DNA of 63,956 bases, filler included, from Octopus bimaculoides (GCF_001194135.2; 8 parts of 8 records of this genome joined end to end with filler, not necessarily neighbours in it), one strand, 5' to 3'; shown: positions 51,729 through 63,890, counted from the whole stretch's first letter. Notes: generated by a model from the letters alone, not told the origin. A program made the numbers and translations.

Positions 51729-51798
51729 ATGTGCTGATGAAGGAAATATGTTTGGGTAATATAATTTACACCTCATTGATCCAGAAACGCGTCTACAT
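51729..51798 (+). ncRNA. Type-I hammerhead ribozyme motif, intact core, long stem II domain
   Basis: AUGUG-CUGAUGA-A-GGA..(about 35 nt)..UCC-A-GAAAC-GC-GUC-UACAU: stem I AUGUG/UACAU, palindrome ACGCGU (51787-92), GUC triplet 51791-93. Confidence 0.75.
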
Positions 51799-52184
51799 CT
51801 AATCAAGGCCTGGAAATTCATTATTTATTTCTTTTTTGCCTTTGTTAGCTGCGAGTATTGCTGTCTCGGAAGTCGTATTTTTGGTAGAGACATAGTAGTT
51901 TTGGCTGCTATTTCTAATTTTCGGCGTGTGGTGAAGCAATGCTTGCTGAACCCTCAATTTTAATTTTGTATACATACATACATATATATATATATACATA
52001 ACCAATTATAAGCAACTTTCGAACCCACATGCAAGGTACAGGAAATTTATATATACAACATTCTACTCAATGAAACTACGGATGCAATATACTTATGTAT
52101 CTCACTACTATTTTCCTTCCTCCACTTCGCTCTGTATTTCATATCTTATCTATAATAACTATTGATTAACCATTTTCTTGCACC

Positions 52185-52233
52185 GTCTCTGATGAAGGGA
52201 TATATGACATATCCCCGGAAACAGCTGTAAGAC
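52185..52233 (+). ncRNA. Type-I hammerhead ribozyme motif, intact core
   Basis: GUCU-CUGAUGA-A-GGGAUAU-AUGAC-AUAUCCC-CG-GAAAC-AGCU-GUA-AGAC: 4-bp stem I, 7-bp stem II, palindrome ACAGCUGU, GUA triplet. The family E 3' block follows to 52352. Confidence 0.82.
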
Positions 52234-52599
52234 CTTCTCTTTATAAATGTTCTGAAACCTTTCATAGAATTTTTCGCTTCCTGAGCGTTAAAGTAATACA
52301 TCTGTTTGTTGCCTACACCACCTGTCTTCGTCTTTTGTTATATTGTGAATTCATATATATATATATATATATATATATNNNNNNNNNNNNNNNNNNNNNN
52401 NNNNNNNNNNNNNNNNNNNNNNNNNNNNNNNNNNNNNNNNNNNNNNNNNNNNNNNNNNNNNNNNNNNNNNNNNNNNNNNNNNNNNNNNNNNNNNNNNNNN
52501 NNNNNNNNNNNNNNNNNNNNNNNNNNNNNNNNNNNNNNNNNNNNNNNNNNNNNNNNNNNNNNNNNNNNNNNNNNNNNNNNNNNNNNNNNATATATATAA

Positions 52600-53327
52600 T
52601 GCTTGTATCCCGAACTAAATTCAATGTAATCCAGCAGATTAAATGGGCTCCACCAAAGATCAACATTGAGTGGCAGCAGTTTGAACATGATGTATGCAGA
52701 ATTGGGCGGACAGCAGGAAGTTGGAGAGCTGATGGATGGTCGGGGGTAATGACAGCACGTATTGTTGGCTATGCATTTGCCAGATTAATTCTCATTGAAG
52801 TATGTAACAGCAATAAATTATACAGCTAAATCTGCTGAGTTACCAAATACAACTGTGGCAGGATGAACTGAGAACACTCAAGAACCAGTACAAAGTATCC
52901 AGTGGAAAGAAACGCCAACCCACTAAGCAGAGCTATGATATACTTTGAGGAAGAAGCTGAGAGCTAGTCGCTGAGGACAATATCATAGAATTCTAAGACA
53001 AAGAATCCAAAGAACATACAGTTTTCATTCCCAACCCTTTCCGCCTCAACAGTAAGTTACTCGCTGATATTTCTACAACAATCCCAAATGCTCGGAGGGT
53101 CGAGTAAGTACCTTTCTTCTCAACGGTCTGGGTTACCTTGCAATACAGAAAGAGCTGGACAAGATAACCCCCTCACCAGGACCCCCACCCTCACCTCAAA
53201 TGCTTTACTGTGACATGAATCATCCGAGTTGGAAGAAAGCTCAGGAAGTTGCCAAGGCAGCAAGGCCAGCATCTACACCCAGGACGTTGTTAAGGCAGTA
53301 AGTTTAGCCTCTGCTACCGGGGCTCTT
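52600..53327 (+). mobile_element. R2-group (RLE-type, HERO-like) non-LTR retrotransposon fragment, pre-RT region, internally deleted
   Basis: IKWAPPKINIEWQQFEHDVCRI, MTARIVGYAFAR, FIPNPFRLNSKLL, PSWKKAQEVAKAARPASTP resemble the pre-RT region of HERO-like ORFs; recognised from memory only. Confidence 0.6.
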
Positions 53328-53612
53328 TGTGGAGGCGCAATGGCCCAGTGGTTAAGGCAGCGGACTCGCGGTCATAGGATCGCAGTTTCGATTCCCAGAC
53401 CAGACGTTGTGAGTGTTTATTGAGCGAAAACACCTAAAGCTCCACGAGGCTCCGGCAGAGGGTGGTGGCGAACCCTGCTGTACTCTTTCACCACAACTTT
53501 TTCTCACTCTTACTTCTTGTTTCTGTTGTGCCTGTAATTCAAAGGGTCAGCCTTGTCACACTGTGTCACGCTGAATGTCTCCGAGAACTAAATTAAGGGT
53601 ACACGTGTCTGT
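53328..53612 (+). mobile_element. SINE family A; 3' end lost in the gap
   Basis: Near-identical to the first ~285 nt of the 27685 copy. Confidence 0.92.
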
Positions 53613-55608
53613 NNNNNNNNNNNNNNNNNNNNNNNNNNNNNNNNNNNNNNNNNNNNNNNNNNNNNNNNNNNNNNNNNNNNNNNNNNNNNNNNNNNNNNNN
53701 NNNNNNNNNNNNNNNNNNNNNNNNNNNNNNNNNNNNNNNNNNNNNNNNNNNNNNNNNNNNNNNNNNNNNNNNNNNNNNNNNNNNNNNNNNNNNNNNNNNN
53801 NNNNNNNNNNNNNNNNNNNNNNNNNNNNNNNNNNNNNNNNNNNNNNNNNNNNNNNNNNNNNNNNNNNNNNNNNNNNNNNNNNNNNNNNNNNNNNNNNNNN
53901 NNNNNNNNNNNNNNNNNNNNNNNNNNNNNNNNNNNNNNNNNNNNNNNNNNNNNNNNNNNNNNNNNNNNNNNNNNNNNNNNNNNNNNNNNNNNNNNNNNNN
54001 NNNNNNNNNNNNNNNNNNNNNNNNNNNNNNNNNNNNNNNNNNNNNNNNNNNNNNNNNNNNNNNNNNNNNNNNNNNNNNNNNNNNNNNNNNNNNNNNNNNN
54101 NNNNNNNNNNNNNNNNNNNNNNNNNNNNNNNNNNNNNNNNNNNNNNNNNNNNNNNNNNNNNNNNNNNNNNNNNNNNNNNNNNNNNNNNNNNNNNNNNNNN
54201 NNNNNNNNNNNNNNNNNNNNNNNNNNNNNNNNNNNNNNNNNNNNNNNNNNNNNNNNNNNNNNNNNNNNNNNNNNNNNNNNNNNNNNNNNNNNNNNNNNNN
54301 NNNNNNNNNNNNNNNNNNNNNNNNNNNNNNNNNNNNNNNNNNNNNNNNNNNNNNNNNNNNNNNNNNNNNNNNNNNNNNNNNNNNNNNNNNNNNNNNNNNN
54401 NNNNNNNNNNNNNNNNNNNNNNNNNNNNNNNNNNNNNNNNNNNNNNNNNNNNNNNNNNNNNNNNNNNNNNNNNNNNNNNNNNNNNNNNNNNNNNNNNNNN
54501 NNNNNNNNNNNNNNNNNNNNNNNNNNNNNNNNNNNNNNNNNNNNNATATATATTCTACCTGTCTATTTCTCGATGAAGAAAGGGAGGGTATGAGAGAGAG
54601 GGAGAGAGAGAGAGAGAGAAAGAAAGAAAGAGAGAGATAAAGAAGGAGAATGAAACAGAAAATAGAACAATCTCAGCTTCACTCACACTTCGAATTGCAC
54701 TCCTCTCATTCACACTTACATATATTGTGCTTTTGTCTCTGTTTTTGTTGTTTGACTACTTAGACTTCACTTTTTGAATCAGACACGTCTTTCCGTTGTT
54801 TTGTGTTGCTTGGAGCCGAAGATCGTTTCCGTTTCTGCCTAAGATCCGTTTCTGTTAAGATCAGAGATGTTATTAGTTATATTGATATTGATGATGGTTC
54901 CTAACAATTCAGCTCGTAAGTTAAGATTCAAAACAATATTTTCTTTTCAGCTCCAACAATCCATCTTTCTCTGTTAGATATCATGCTTACATTCCTTTGA
55001 TGCCTGTCCTTACTATATTTTTCTATCTTCCCCTAATTGCCCTTTTTTGCTTTGCTCGCATTTTCTTCTGCACACGCACATACACATACACATATAATAT
55101 ATTGTAGCCCACTGTGCCGATACCCTAAATTGCTTGTACACCCAACCCATGCAATCAATATATTATTTAGTTACATCTGGATGCGTGTATGTCCATTTCT
55201 TTTAACATGCTCATGCAATACATAATATTGCAATATATAAAAATGCAATATATAAAAATGCATGTATAATGCATAACTTAGAAGCAGCGTCGCGGATATG
55301 CTAACACACACGAGCTCGAGACACGGCCGCCCTCACGCAATTCTCATAAGGAAAGCTGGAAGGAACTTCGAGAGACCACTGCAGAGACGCTTCCGAAAAC
55401 AAAATTTCTGTAACCGTTGGAAAACCGGTTATAGCGGTGACTCGATCAATTGCCAGAAATATCTGAAGAACGAATTTTTATATATTTCGAAATATTACAA
55501 GAGACTATAATATTTCGGAATATTGTAAGAGACTATCAATAATTAAATTATAGCATTTACTATAGTCCACTCTTGCATTGTTGTGCCATTCAAGAACGTT
55601 ATACTTCA

Positions 55609-55654
<46 letters not shown>

Positions 55655-55678
55655 CATATATTTCACAAATATATATAT

Positions 55679-55728
<50 letters not shown>

Positions 55729-55790
55729 TTATACATACATAAACACACACACGCACACACACACACACGCACACAGACAGACACACACGC

Positions 55791-55838
<48 letters not shown>

Positions 55839-55959
55839 ACAATATTTTGTTGACCACTGTGCCGATTCCTTGAATGTGCTTATACAACCAGCCTAATGCA
55901 CAGTAGTTCAGCAGGTAAAATTCGTCCACCAAGCATCTGAAATGAGAGGCAGCAGTTTG

Positions 55960-56295
55960 GTCATAATTTATGTAGGATGGAACAGACAACAGCTAAAGAT
56001 GTAACTTATAGTCGAATAATAGCAATCACAGCACTCAATGTTGCCTATGGATTTTCCAGGTGCAGCTTCATCGATGTTAGGTAACCTCAAGAAATTATGC
56101 AACAAAATCTTCTGGCTTACCGAATACAATTGTTGCAGAAACTGAGAGTGCAGTACAGAGGATTCAGTGAAGAAGAACGGCAACCTGTTAAGACATTCGT
56201 AGGAAGAATGTCAGGCCATTCGAAGAGAAAGGGGCTGGAGAAGTACAGTTTTCGTTTATATAAGTTTAACTTCTGCTACCGGGGCTCTTTGCAGT
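55960..56295 (+). mobile_element. Second, diverged HERO-like fragment
   Basis: AYRIQLLQKLRVQYRGFSEEERQPV; ends in aagtttaacttctgctaccggggctcttt, matching 53299-53328. Confidence 0.5.
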
Positions 56296-56866
56296 AGCCT
56301 ACTGAAAGCCAATAAGGAAAAATATTAAGATATTTCAACAAATAAAGAAAATTTGCCGCTTAAATCATACTATCTTTCTACTCTGTCTATCTCTTTCTCT
56401 CTCTCTCTCCCTCCCCCCCCTCTCTCTATCTCTCTCTCTTTCTCTCTCTCTCTCTTTCTTTTTCTCGTTCGCTCTCTCTTTTCCTCTTGGTGTTTGTTAT
56501 ATTCTTTCATTCTATCACTTCTTTGTTGATTTTCTCAGGTTCACTTCTTTATTTTCCCCTCTCTTCCCTCCCAGGTATTCTTAGTCGCCGTCTCTTTCCT
56601 AATCACTTTACTTTTACCCTCACTCATTCACCCAGTATGTTGAAATTCACTATCTGGTCTGTGGTGTGTGTGTGTGTTTCTGCATGTGTGTGTGCACGCG
56701 CGCATGTTGCGTGTGCGTGTGTGTGTGTCTCGTTCTTAGTTTTTTTGAAACTGTGTTTTTTTTAATATATTTTATCTATCTACTTCTCGAAGAGAAAGAG
56801 AGGGATATACATACATATATACGTACGTACATACGTACGTATCTATGTATGTGGTTATGTATGTAC

Positions 56867-56902
<36 letters not shown>

Positions 56903-57306
56903 NNNNNNNNNNNNNNNNNNNNNNNNNNNNNNNNNNNNNNNNNNNNTTAATTAATTAANNNNNNNNNNNNNNNNNNNNNNNNNNNNNNNNNNNNNNNNNN
57001 NNGGTGGCGGTGGTGGTGGTGGTGGTGGTGGTGGAAGGGATTCGGTTTTCTTGAGTCATTCCTTGTCCTTTGTCGGCTTCTTATCGGATCCATCATCCAA
57101 ATGGGAACCTTCGCACGTGTGTCACTCTCTATGCACACGTCTTGCTGTGTGAATGTGTGGATGTCTGCATGACATCGTCTGTGCGTGTATGTATGTATGT
57201 ATGTTTGTATGTAAATGTATACATATATATCAAGGCTGTGCCCCATCATGGCCGCAGTCTAATGATTGAAATAAGTAAAAGATAATATATATATATATAT
57301 ATATAT

Positions 57307-57343
<37 letters not shown>

Positions 57344-57521
57344 GAGAGAGATGGATAGCTAGATACATACATACATATATACATACACATACACGCACAC
57401 ACACACATACATGCACACACACACTTATATATATACGAATGTATGTATTCTAGATAGATAGGTAGATAGATAGATATTGATACAGTCGCATATATCTGCG
57501 TATGTAGAGTTATATACATGC

Positions 57522-57557
<36 letters not shown>

Positions 57558-58626
57558 TATGTATATATATATTATGTATATATATTATGTATATATGTAT
57601 ATATGTATGACTATATGTATGTATATATGTATGTATGCATTACGTATGTATGTATAAACATATATATACGCATATAGATATGTATGTTTACACACATATT
57701 TATGTACATATGTATATATATGTATATTTATATATACATATATACACAAACATATACATACATATATACACATGTGTTTAGGTGTGTGCGCGTGCGCGTG
57801 CGATCGTGTACGTGCATCCGTTCATCTGTTAGTGTATTCTTGTGTTCATGTACACCTGTATGTATCTGTGTTTATACAAGCCTGTAGATTCACGAAGTAT
57901 GCGTATGTATGAATTTAATTATATGCAAATATATGTGCGTGTATTTGTGTGTGGTGGGGGGAGTGCTTGTGTGTATTAATCCACTGAAACGTTCGTATAC
58001 GTGTTTATGCTTTTAATCCTTGGAATTCAACTTAAATAAGCGTTTTGCACTCAAGCTCAGATCTTCTTCGGGGGAATTTAAACAATGACAAAGTTGAATT
58101 TTTAGAAAAGACTTGCATATTTTCACTGTTCCACTTTATGATTGTATTTGTAGAACGGAAACGTAATTGGGGTCGAGATGACCTTGCAACCGCTCTAGTG
58201 CCGGCTCCACGATAAAATGCACCAGTATGCTCTCTAAAGTGATTGGTCATGCGAACTACGTCATGCAGGTGTTGAACACATGTCGCAGAAAAGCAAACCA
58301 GTGAATCGTATGTGTGATTACGAGCAGGGTTCTAACCCATCCAGGGAGGAAGTAATTGAAAATTAAGAAACTTGTTCTGACTGTGATGACTCGTTCTCCT
58401 CATGCCCGCATGGAATGCGGACATAAAATGACGATGACGACGATGACGCTGATGGTGATGATGATGATGATGGTGATGATGATATTTGCTGGTCCCGTTT
58501 TTCTGACTTTAAACATGTCACTAAGTGAATTAATAATTACATATGTAATTAGATTATAAATTACAAATTTATAATCGGAGTAAATTTTCCCTCTCTCACT
58601 CTCTCTCTCTCTATCTATCTATCTAT

Positions 58627-58757
<131 letters not shown>

Positions 58758-59117
58758 TAAACATATACTTACATTCATATACGCAGACACATATCTACGT
58801 ATATATACATACATACACTTATATATAAACATGTAGAGACATATACACACGCATACACAATTATATATATAGGGAATTCTGGTTCAAGCACCCCATATAA
58901 GTTCGCATGAGTTTTCTATTTTGGGGAATTTTCAGAAGACTTTTTCGAATTCATATGCTTATGCAAAAATATTGCGTGTGTAAATTTTGTGTTTGATTTA
59001 AGGTCGATTTAGCTGTTGTTTTCAGCACATCTCACGACTACCTGATAGCGCCCTGAAAAAAAGTGTGTATGAGGATATTTCATTCATCTCCATTTTGTTT
59101 CCTCAAACGTTATCTAG

Positions 59118-59167
<50 letters not shown>

Positions 59168-59389
59168 GTAGATAGATAGACATACAAAGAGCATGCGAGA
59201 GAGCGAGAGACAAAGAGAAAGAGAGAGACAGACAGGGAGATAGACAGACAGAGAGACAAACAGACAGAGAAAGAAACTAAGAGTGCGAGAGAGAGAGAGA
59301 GAGAGAGAGCGTGCCAGAGAGACAGAGAGAGAGAGTGAGAGAGAGAAATAATGGTCTTTCCCTACATAGCTATTGCCGTAACATAGATA

Positions 59390-60040
59390 TGTAAACAAAA
59401 TGGCTATAAACTTCGTTGTCCCAGTTGTAGTCATTTAATTTTCGCCGCTGTAGGCTCTGTAGTGTTTACATTAGTGAAGGTTTGGAATGAAATATTCCAG
59501 TAATATATTTTCGTGTTGAAAAGTGTAGAATGTATATTTATATATTATTGACGTTATATATACTGTTTTCTCAAGAACAAGATGTTTCAATGGAAGAAGT
59601 TATTACTTTGATGAAATTTTCGTAGCAGCTGTAGAATATGGAGAAGTCTTGTCTTTCTTTCATTTTGGTTTTGCTTATGTTTTTTTGTCTTTAAATGCAG
59701 AGTCGGAAGCTGAAGGCGAGCGCTTATGACGTTTGTCCAAAGCTTTCGTGTCTTTGTAAGAGAAAACTGAAAGCGAAACCAGAATTTGCAAGTTACCATA
59801 ATCAGTCAAGAGAACTGGTAAGAATTCGTTAAAGGATCTTTGTCTCCAGACGTATCAAAGTCTACCAACGAATCCTAGATATGATTTGGTCTCGATTCTT
59901 ATACTTTCTAATATGAATGGGGAAGATTTCCGTTATTGTCTGATTAATGTCCCAAATACAGTACAACAACGATTTTCGAACGCTGATGGTCAAGAACCTC
60001 TTACAATTTGCACTAATTTTCGAACAGGAAAAGATATATA
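59390..60040 (+). pseudogene. Candidate disrupted coding segments of a membrane protein
   Basis: MAINFVVPVVVI / IFAAVGSVVFTLVKVWNEIF join into a hydrophobic helix only if one T is added at about 59435. Further open segments: 59576-59645, 59701-59817 (SRKLKASAYDVCPKLSCLCKRKLKAKPEFASYHNQSREL, tgcag|..|gtaaga) and 59850-60030. No family recognised. Confidence 0.3.
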
Positions 60041-60729
60041 TATGAATACCTATATACACACCTACATACATCATGTATACATACGTGTATATGCTTGTCC
60101 ATACATACATTAATACATCAATGTATTCATGCATATATATATGTGAGTGTGTGTGTATGTATCGACCTATTCATACATATATGCTTACATACGTAGACAT
60201 ACACAGATCCAGGACTATACNNNNNNNNNNNNNNNNNNNNNNNNNNNNNNNNNNNNNNNNNNNNNNNNNNNNNNNNNNNNNNNNNNNNNNNNNNNNNNNN
60301 NNNNNNNNNNNNNNNNNNNNATATATATATATATATAGGGGTTTTTGTATGTGTGGGTAAATATTTATGTCAATTTCAGTATGGTATGCAAATATCTTTG
60401 AAGCTACCAGCATCCACATTTATTATATACACCCATATATAACATACACAAATGGCACACATACACACACACACACACACTCATAAAGAGACACGCTCAG
60501 TATCTCGCACACGCTATCATTACGCATGCGCGCGGTGTGTATGTGTGTGTATGTGTGTACGTAATTGAATCTATTTATAGATTATATAGTTGACTGCAAA
60601 TACGTATATATATATATATATATATATATNNNNNNNNNNNNNNNNNNNNNNNNNNNNNNNNNNNNNNNNNNNNTTAATTAATTAANNNNNNNNNNNNNNN
60701 NNNNNNNNNNNNNNNNNNNNNNNNNNNNN

Positions 60730-60940
60730 GTGTGTGTGTGTATATATTTTTGTGTCTATGTTTGTCTCCCCAACATCGCTTGACAGCCGATGCTGGTGTG
60801 TTTAGGTCCCCGTAGCTTAGCGGTTCGACAAAAAAGATCGATAGGGTAAGTACTAGGCTTACAAAGAATAAGTCCTGGGATCGATTTATTCGACTAAAGG
60901 CGGTGCTCCAGCTTGGCCGCAGTCATGACTGAAACAAATA
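60730..60940 (+). mobile_element. SINE family B, 3' module
   Basis: ccccaacatcgcttgacagccgatgctggtgtg..taagtactaggcttacaaagaataagtcctggg..gactgaaac. Confidence 0.88.
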
Positions 60941-61033
60941 AAAAAACAGAAGAATACATGTATACATACCTATATATATAAAGGTAACACACTTAGTCGC
61001 GTTAACAAAGTGATGTAGGTTCGACTCCCACGC

Positions 61034-61147
61034 GGATAGGAAAGCCTTTTTTCTGTCGAGGGCTTATATGCCCCTTTATTAGACTATTTTCCTTAGTCAC
61101 TGCACAGTGATCGCCATAAGCTTTAAGCTTATATAAAAATACCATTA

Positions 61148-61178
<31 letters not shown>

Positions 61179-61624
61179 TGTATATATATATATATATAAT
61201 TATTATAAAATCTGGTACTTAGTCATATATTAATTAATATCGAATAATTATCAGGAGGCCAGCACATCTAAAGAATCAAAGAGATTTGCCCGCTCACGTT
61301 TTTGGTATGCTGCTATATTTCATGTTGAGAACAATTTAGGTCTTAATAGACACAAGATGTGATCTATTTCTAGCGCATTAACTGTCCACGTTAGTGGTCG
61401 ACGTTATTTTAAAAAATATATATATATATATGTATGTATGTATGTACGTATGTATACTCACANNNNNNNNNNNNNNNNNNNNNNNNNNNNNNNNNNNNNN
61501 NNNNNNNNNNGGATAGGAAAGCCTTTTTTCTGTCGAGGGCTTATATGCCCCTTTATTAGACTATTTTCCTTAGTCACTGCACAGTGATCGCCATAAGCTT
61601 TAAGCTTATATAAAAATACCATTA

Positions 61625-61655
<31 letters not shown>

Positions 61656-61937
61656 TGTATATATATATATATATAATTATTATAAAATCTGGTACTTAGT
61701 CATATATTAATTAATATCGAATAATTATCAGGAGGCCAGCACATCTAAAGAATCAAAGAGATTTGCCCGCTCACGTTTTTGGTATGCTGCTATATTTCAT
61801 GTTGAGAACAATTTAGGTCTTAATAGACACAAGATGTGATCTATTTCTAGCGCATTAACTGTCCACGTTAGTGGTCGACGTTATTTAAAAAAATATATAT
61901 ATATATATGTATGTATGTATGTACGTATGTATACTCA
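61034..61937 (+). repeat. ~430-bp near-identical direct duplication across a 48-N gap (61034-61462 vs 61511-61937); probable assembly overlap
   Basis: Identical apart from about one substitution and microsatellite length; the second copy starts exactly at the gap edge. Confidence 0.85.
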
Positions 61938-62479
61938 CACACATGTACACACGCGTACATGTCTATATTTATATATATCAGCATCTATGTATATGCGTAT
62001 AAGCTTGCGCGGTACCTGGGGCAAGTGTATTCTACTATAACCCCGGGCACATCAATACTACGCCAGTGGATTTTGTAGGCGGAAAGTGCATGGAAGCCTG
62101 TTGTATAATACATATTTTAAAAAGTCGTTAGTAACTATTTAAATAACTATTTAGAGAACAGCATGTCACAGACCTATGAGGGAGAAGTTTTTGTATAGTG
62201 CTTATATTGTGTGTAAGCGCTTTCGTTCTTCAACTTTTTTTTAACAGATTCCATATTGAACAGCTGATTAATTTTCTTCATCTTAGCACAAGCAGAAGAT
62301 CATTTTCTGCCAACCAAATTCACTCCCGTGGCATTGGACAGCCCGCTGCAATAGTAGCAGGTACTCGTTTAGGTTACCGCGCAGTCGGACTTAGTCTGCC
62401 GAGTATAAATATATACCTTCCGCAAAAAAAACCCCCAAATTTTATTTAATTTGCTTTGCGGGAAGGACTGTTTCAACGA

Positions 62480-62690
62480 AGTCACGTATTGTCCTTGCCT
62501 TCGAAACGCGGAGTAGATGGAACAAGGACAACTGATGAAGGGGTATACTCTTTATGTTGCATGTCTCGTTTTTCTGTTTTTTTCGTTGTTCGAAAAAAGT
62601 TCGTTTTCTGTTTTCGTTTTTATGTTTTCGTTTCTCTTAGTGTTTAACGATTTTTTTTCATGTCCTGCACCCATATATGCATGTATATAT
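62480..62690 (+). mobile_element. Family F repeat with permuted hammerhead-core halves
   Basis: GTA-TTGTCCTTG-CCTTC-GAAAC-GCG..CAAGGACAA-CTGATGA-AGGGG, then a T-rich tract and gtcctgcacccatatatgcat. Confidence 0.7.
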
Positions 62691-62848
62691 ACATATAGAT
62701 GTTGGTATGTATATATATATGTATGGATATATGCATATATTTATATATNNNNNNNNNNNNNNNNNNNNNNNNNNNNNNNNNNNNNNNNNNNNTTAATTAA
62801 TTAANNNNNNNNNNNNNNNNNNNNNNNNNNNNNNNNNNNNNNNNNNNN

Positions 62849-62884
<36 letters not shown>

Positions 62885-63319
62885 GAGAGATAGAGAGATA
62901 GGTATAAATAGTTATAAATGAACCTCTCCCTATGAGGTCAAATAGTTCTACACGAGCCTCTCTCTATGAGGTCAACGCACGTATAATGACAATTAATATT
63001 CGTAGCCACTTTAACATGGTTGGCCGTTCGAGAGGATTCTGCTGCGATGCACAGCTGCATCCGATAGCGACGGGACCAGTAGATGTGTCCTGGTGTCAAG
63101 CTATTTGTGGCACTCCACACTACAGAACACCTCGTCTGCTAGAAAGGATACCATTTCGCCTTTGCACGCAATATACACACACATGTAGGATGTAAATAGT
63201 CACCCGTAATTTTCAAAATTTTTTACCTAATTGTCTTAATGATTTCAGTGGTGTAAAATTTAGAATATAATTATTCTTTTTGATTGCAGGTGCTATTATA
63301 TTAAACATCTGCGAAGAGT

Positions 63320-63575
63320 AACCATGCCACGCACAAACAGTTCAGCAAAACTGTCAGATTTTCAAAGAGGTCGTATTGTTGGGAAATCTGAGCCACCGAA
63401 AAATTGCGGGAAATCTTCAAATTCCTCTTGCTACTGTTAATAGAAAAGCCAAGGAAAAAAATCAATAGGTTCTCGTCCCGACTGACTTGGGCCCTCTGAA
63501 AGAAAACTTCGCTGTTTGGAGACAATTGTGGAAAATGAACTACTTTCTAAGGCTTCTGACATTACAAAATGATTG
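63320..63575 (+). mobile_element. Tc1-like transposase N-terminal (HTH) remnant
   Basis: MPRTNSSAKLSDFQRGRIVG / SHRKIAGNLQIPLATVNR / GPSERKLRCLETIVEN..KASDI, frameshifted. Confidence 0.75.
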
Positions 63576-63579
63576 AAAT

Positions 63580-63890
63580 GCAGTTTTCCTCATATTCGTG
63601 TCTATGACGAAAGCAGTAGTGTGTGGACGAGGCTGAAAGGGCTGAAGACAGATACTTTCCACTTCGACCGAGCCCTCATCGATTTTTTCCACTTCTACTA
63701 GAAAATGAAAATGGGGTAGAGAGGGAAGCACTGCTCTCTCGTAATTTTGTTGAAAGGTGGGTGAATGTTGCGAAACTGGCAGTTGAGGGCAAGAGTGATG
63801 ACTACCTCAGTGCACTTGGCAGCCAGGTCGACCATGTTGTGTGGCCCCGGACGGAAATCATCCCAATAAGGGAATGTTGTTGCTAAATCT
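63580..63890 (+). mobile_element. Probable L1/Tx1-like LINE ORF2 C-terminal remnant
   Basis: AVFLIFVSMTKAVV / WTRLKGLKTD..ALIDFFHFY / VEREALLSRNFVERWVNVAKLA resembles ORF2 tails of Tx1-like elements as recalled; not verified. Confidence 0.45.

Noticed and set aside
61000-61040. tRNA-like GGTTCGACTCCC
   Set aside because: Only a T-loop/B-box; no acceptor stem, D-arm or anticodon arm. Probably a SINE head remnant. No true tRNA, rRNA or CRISPR array was found in the window.
61034-61937. Apparent 430-bp tandem duplication
   Set aside because: Near-identical copies on either side of a small gap; most likely unmerged contig or haplotype overlap.
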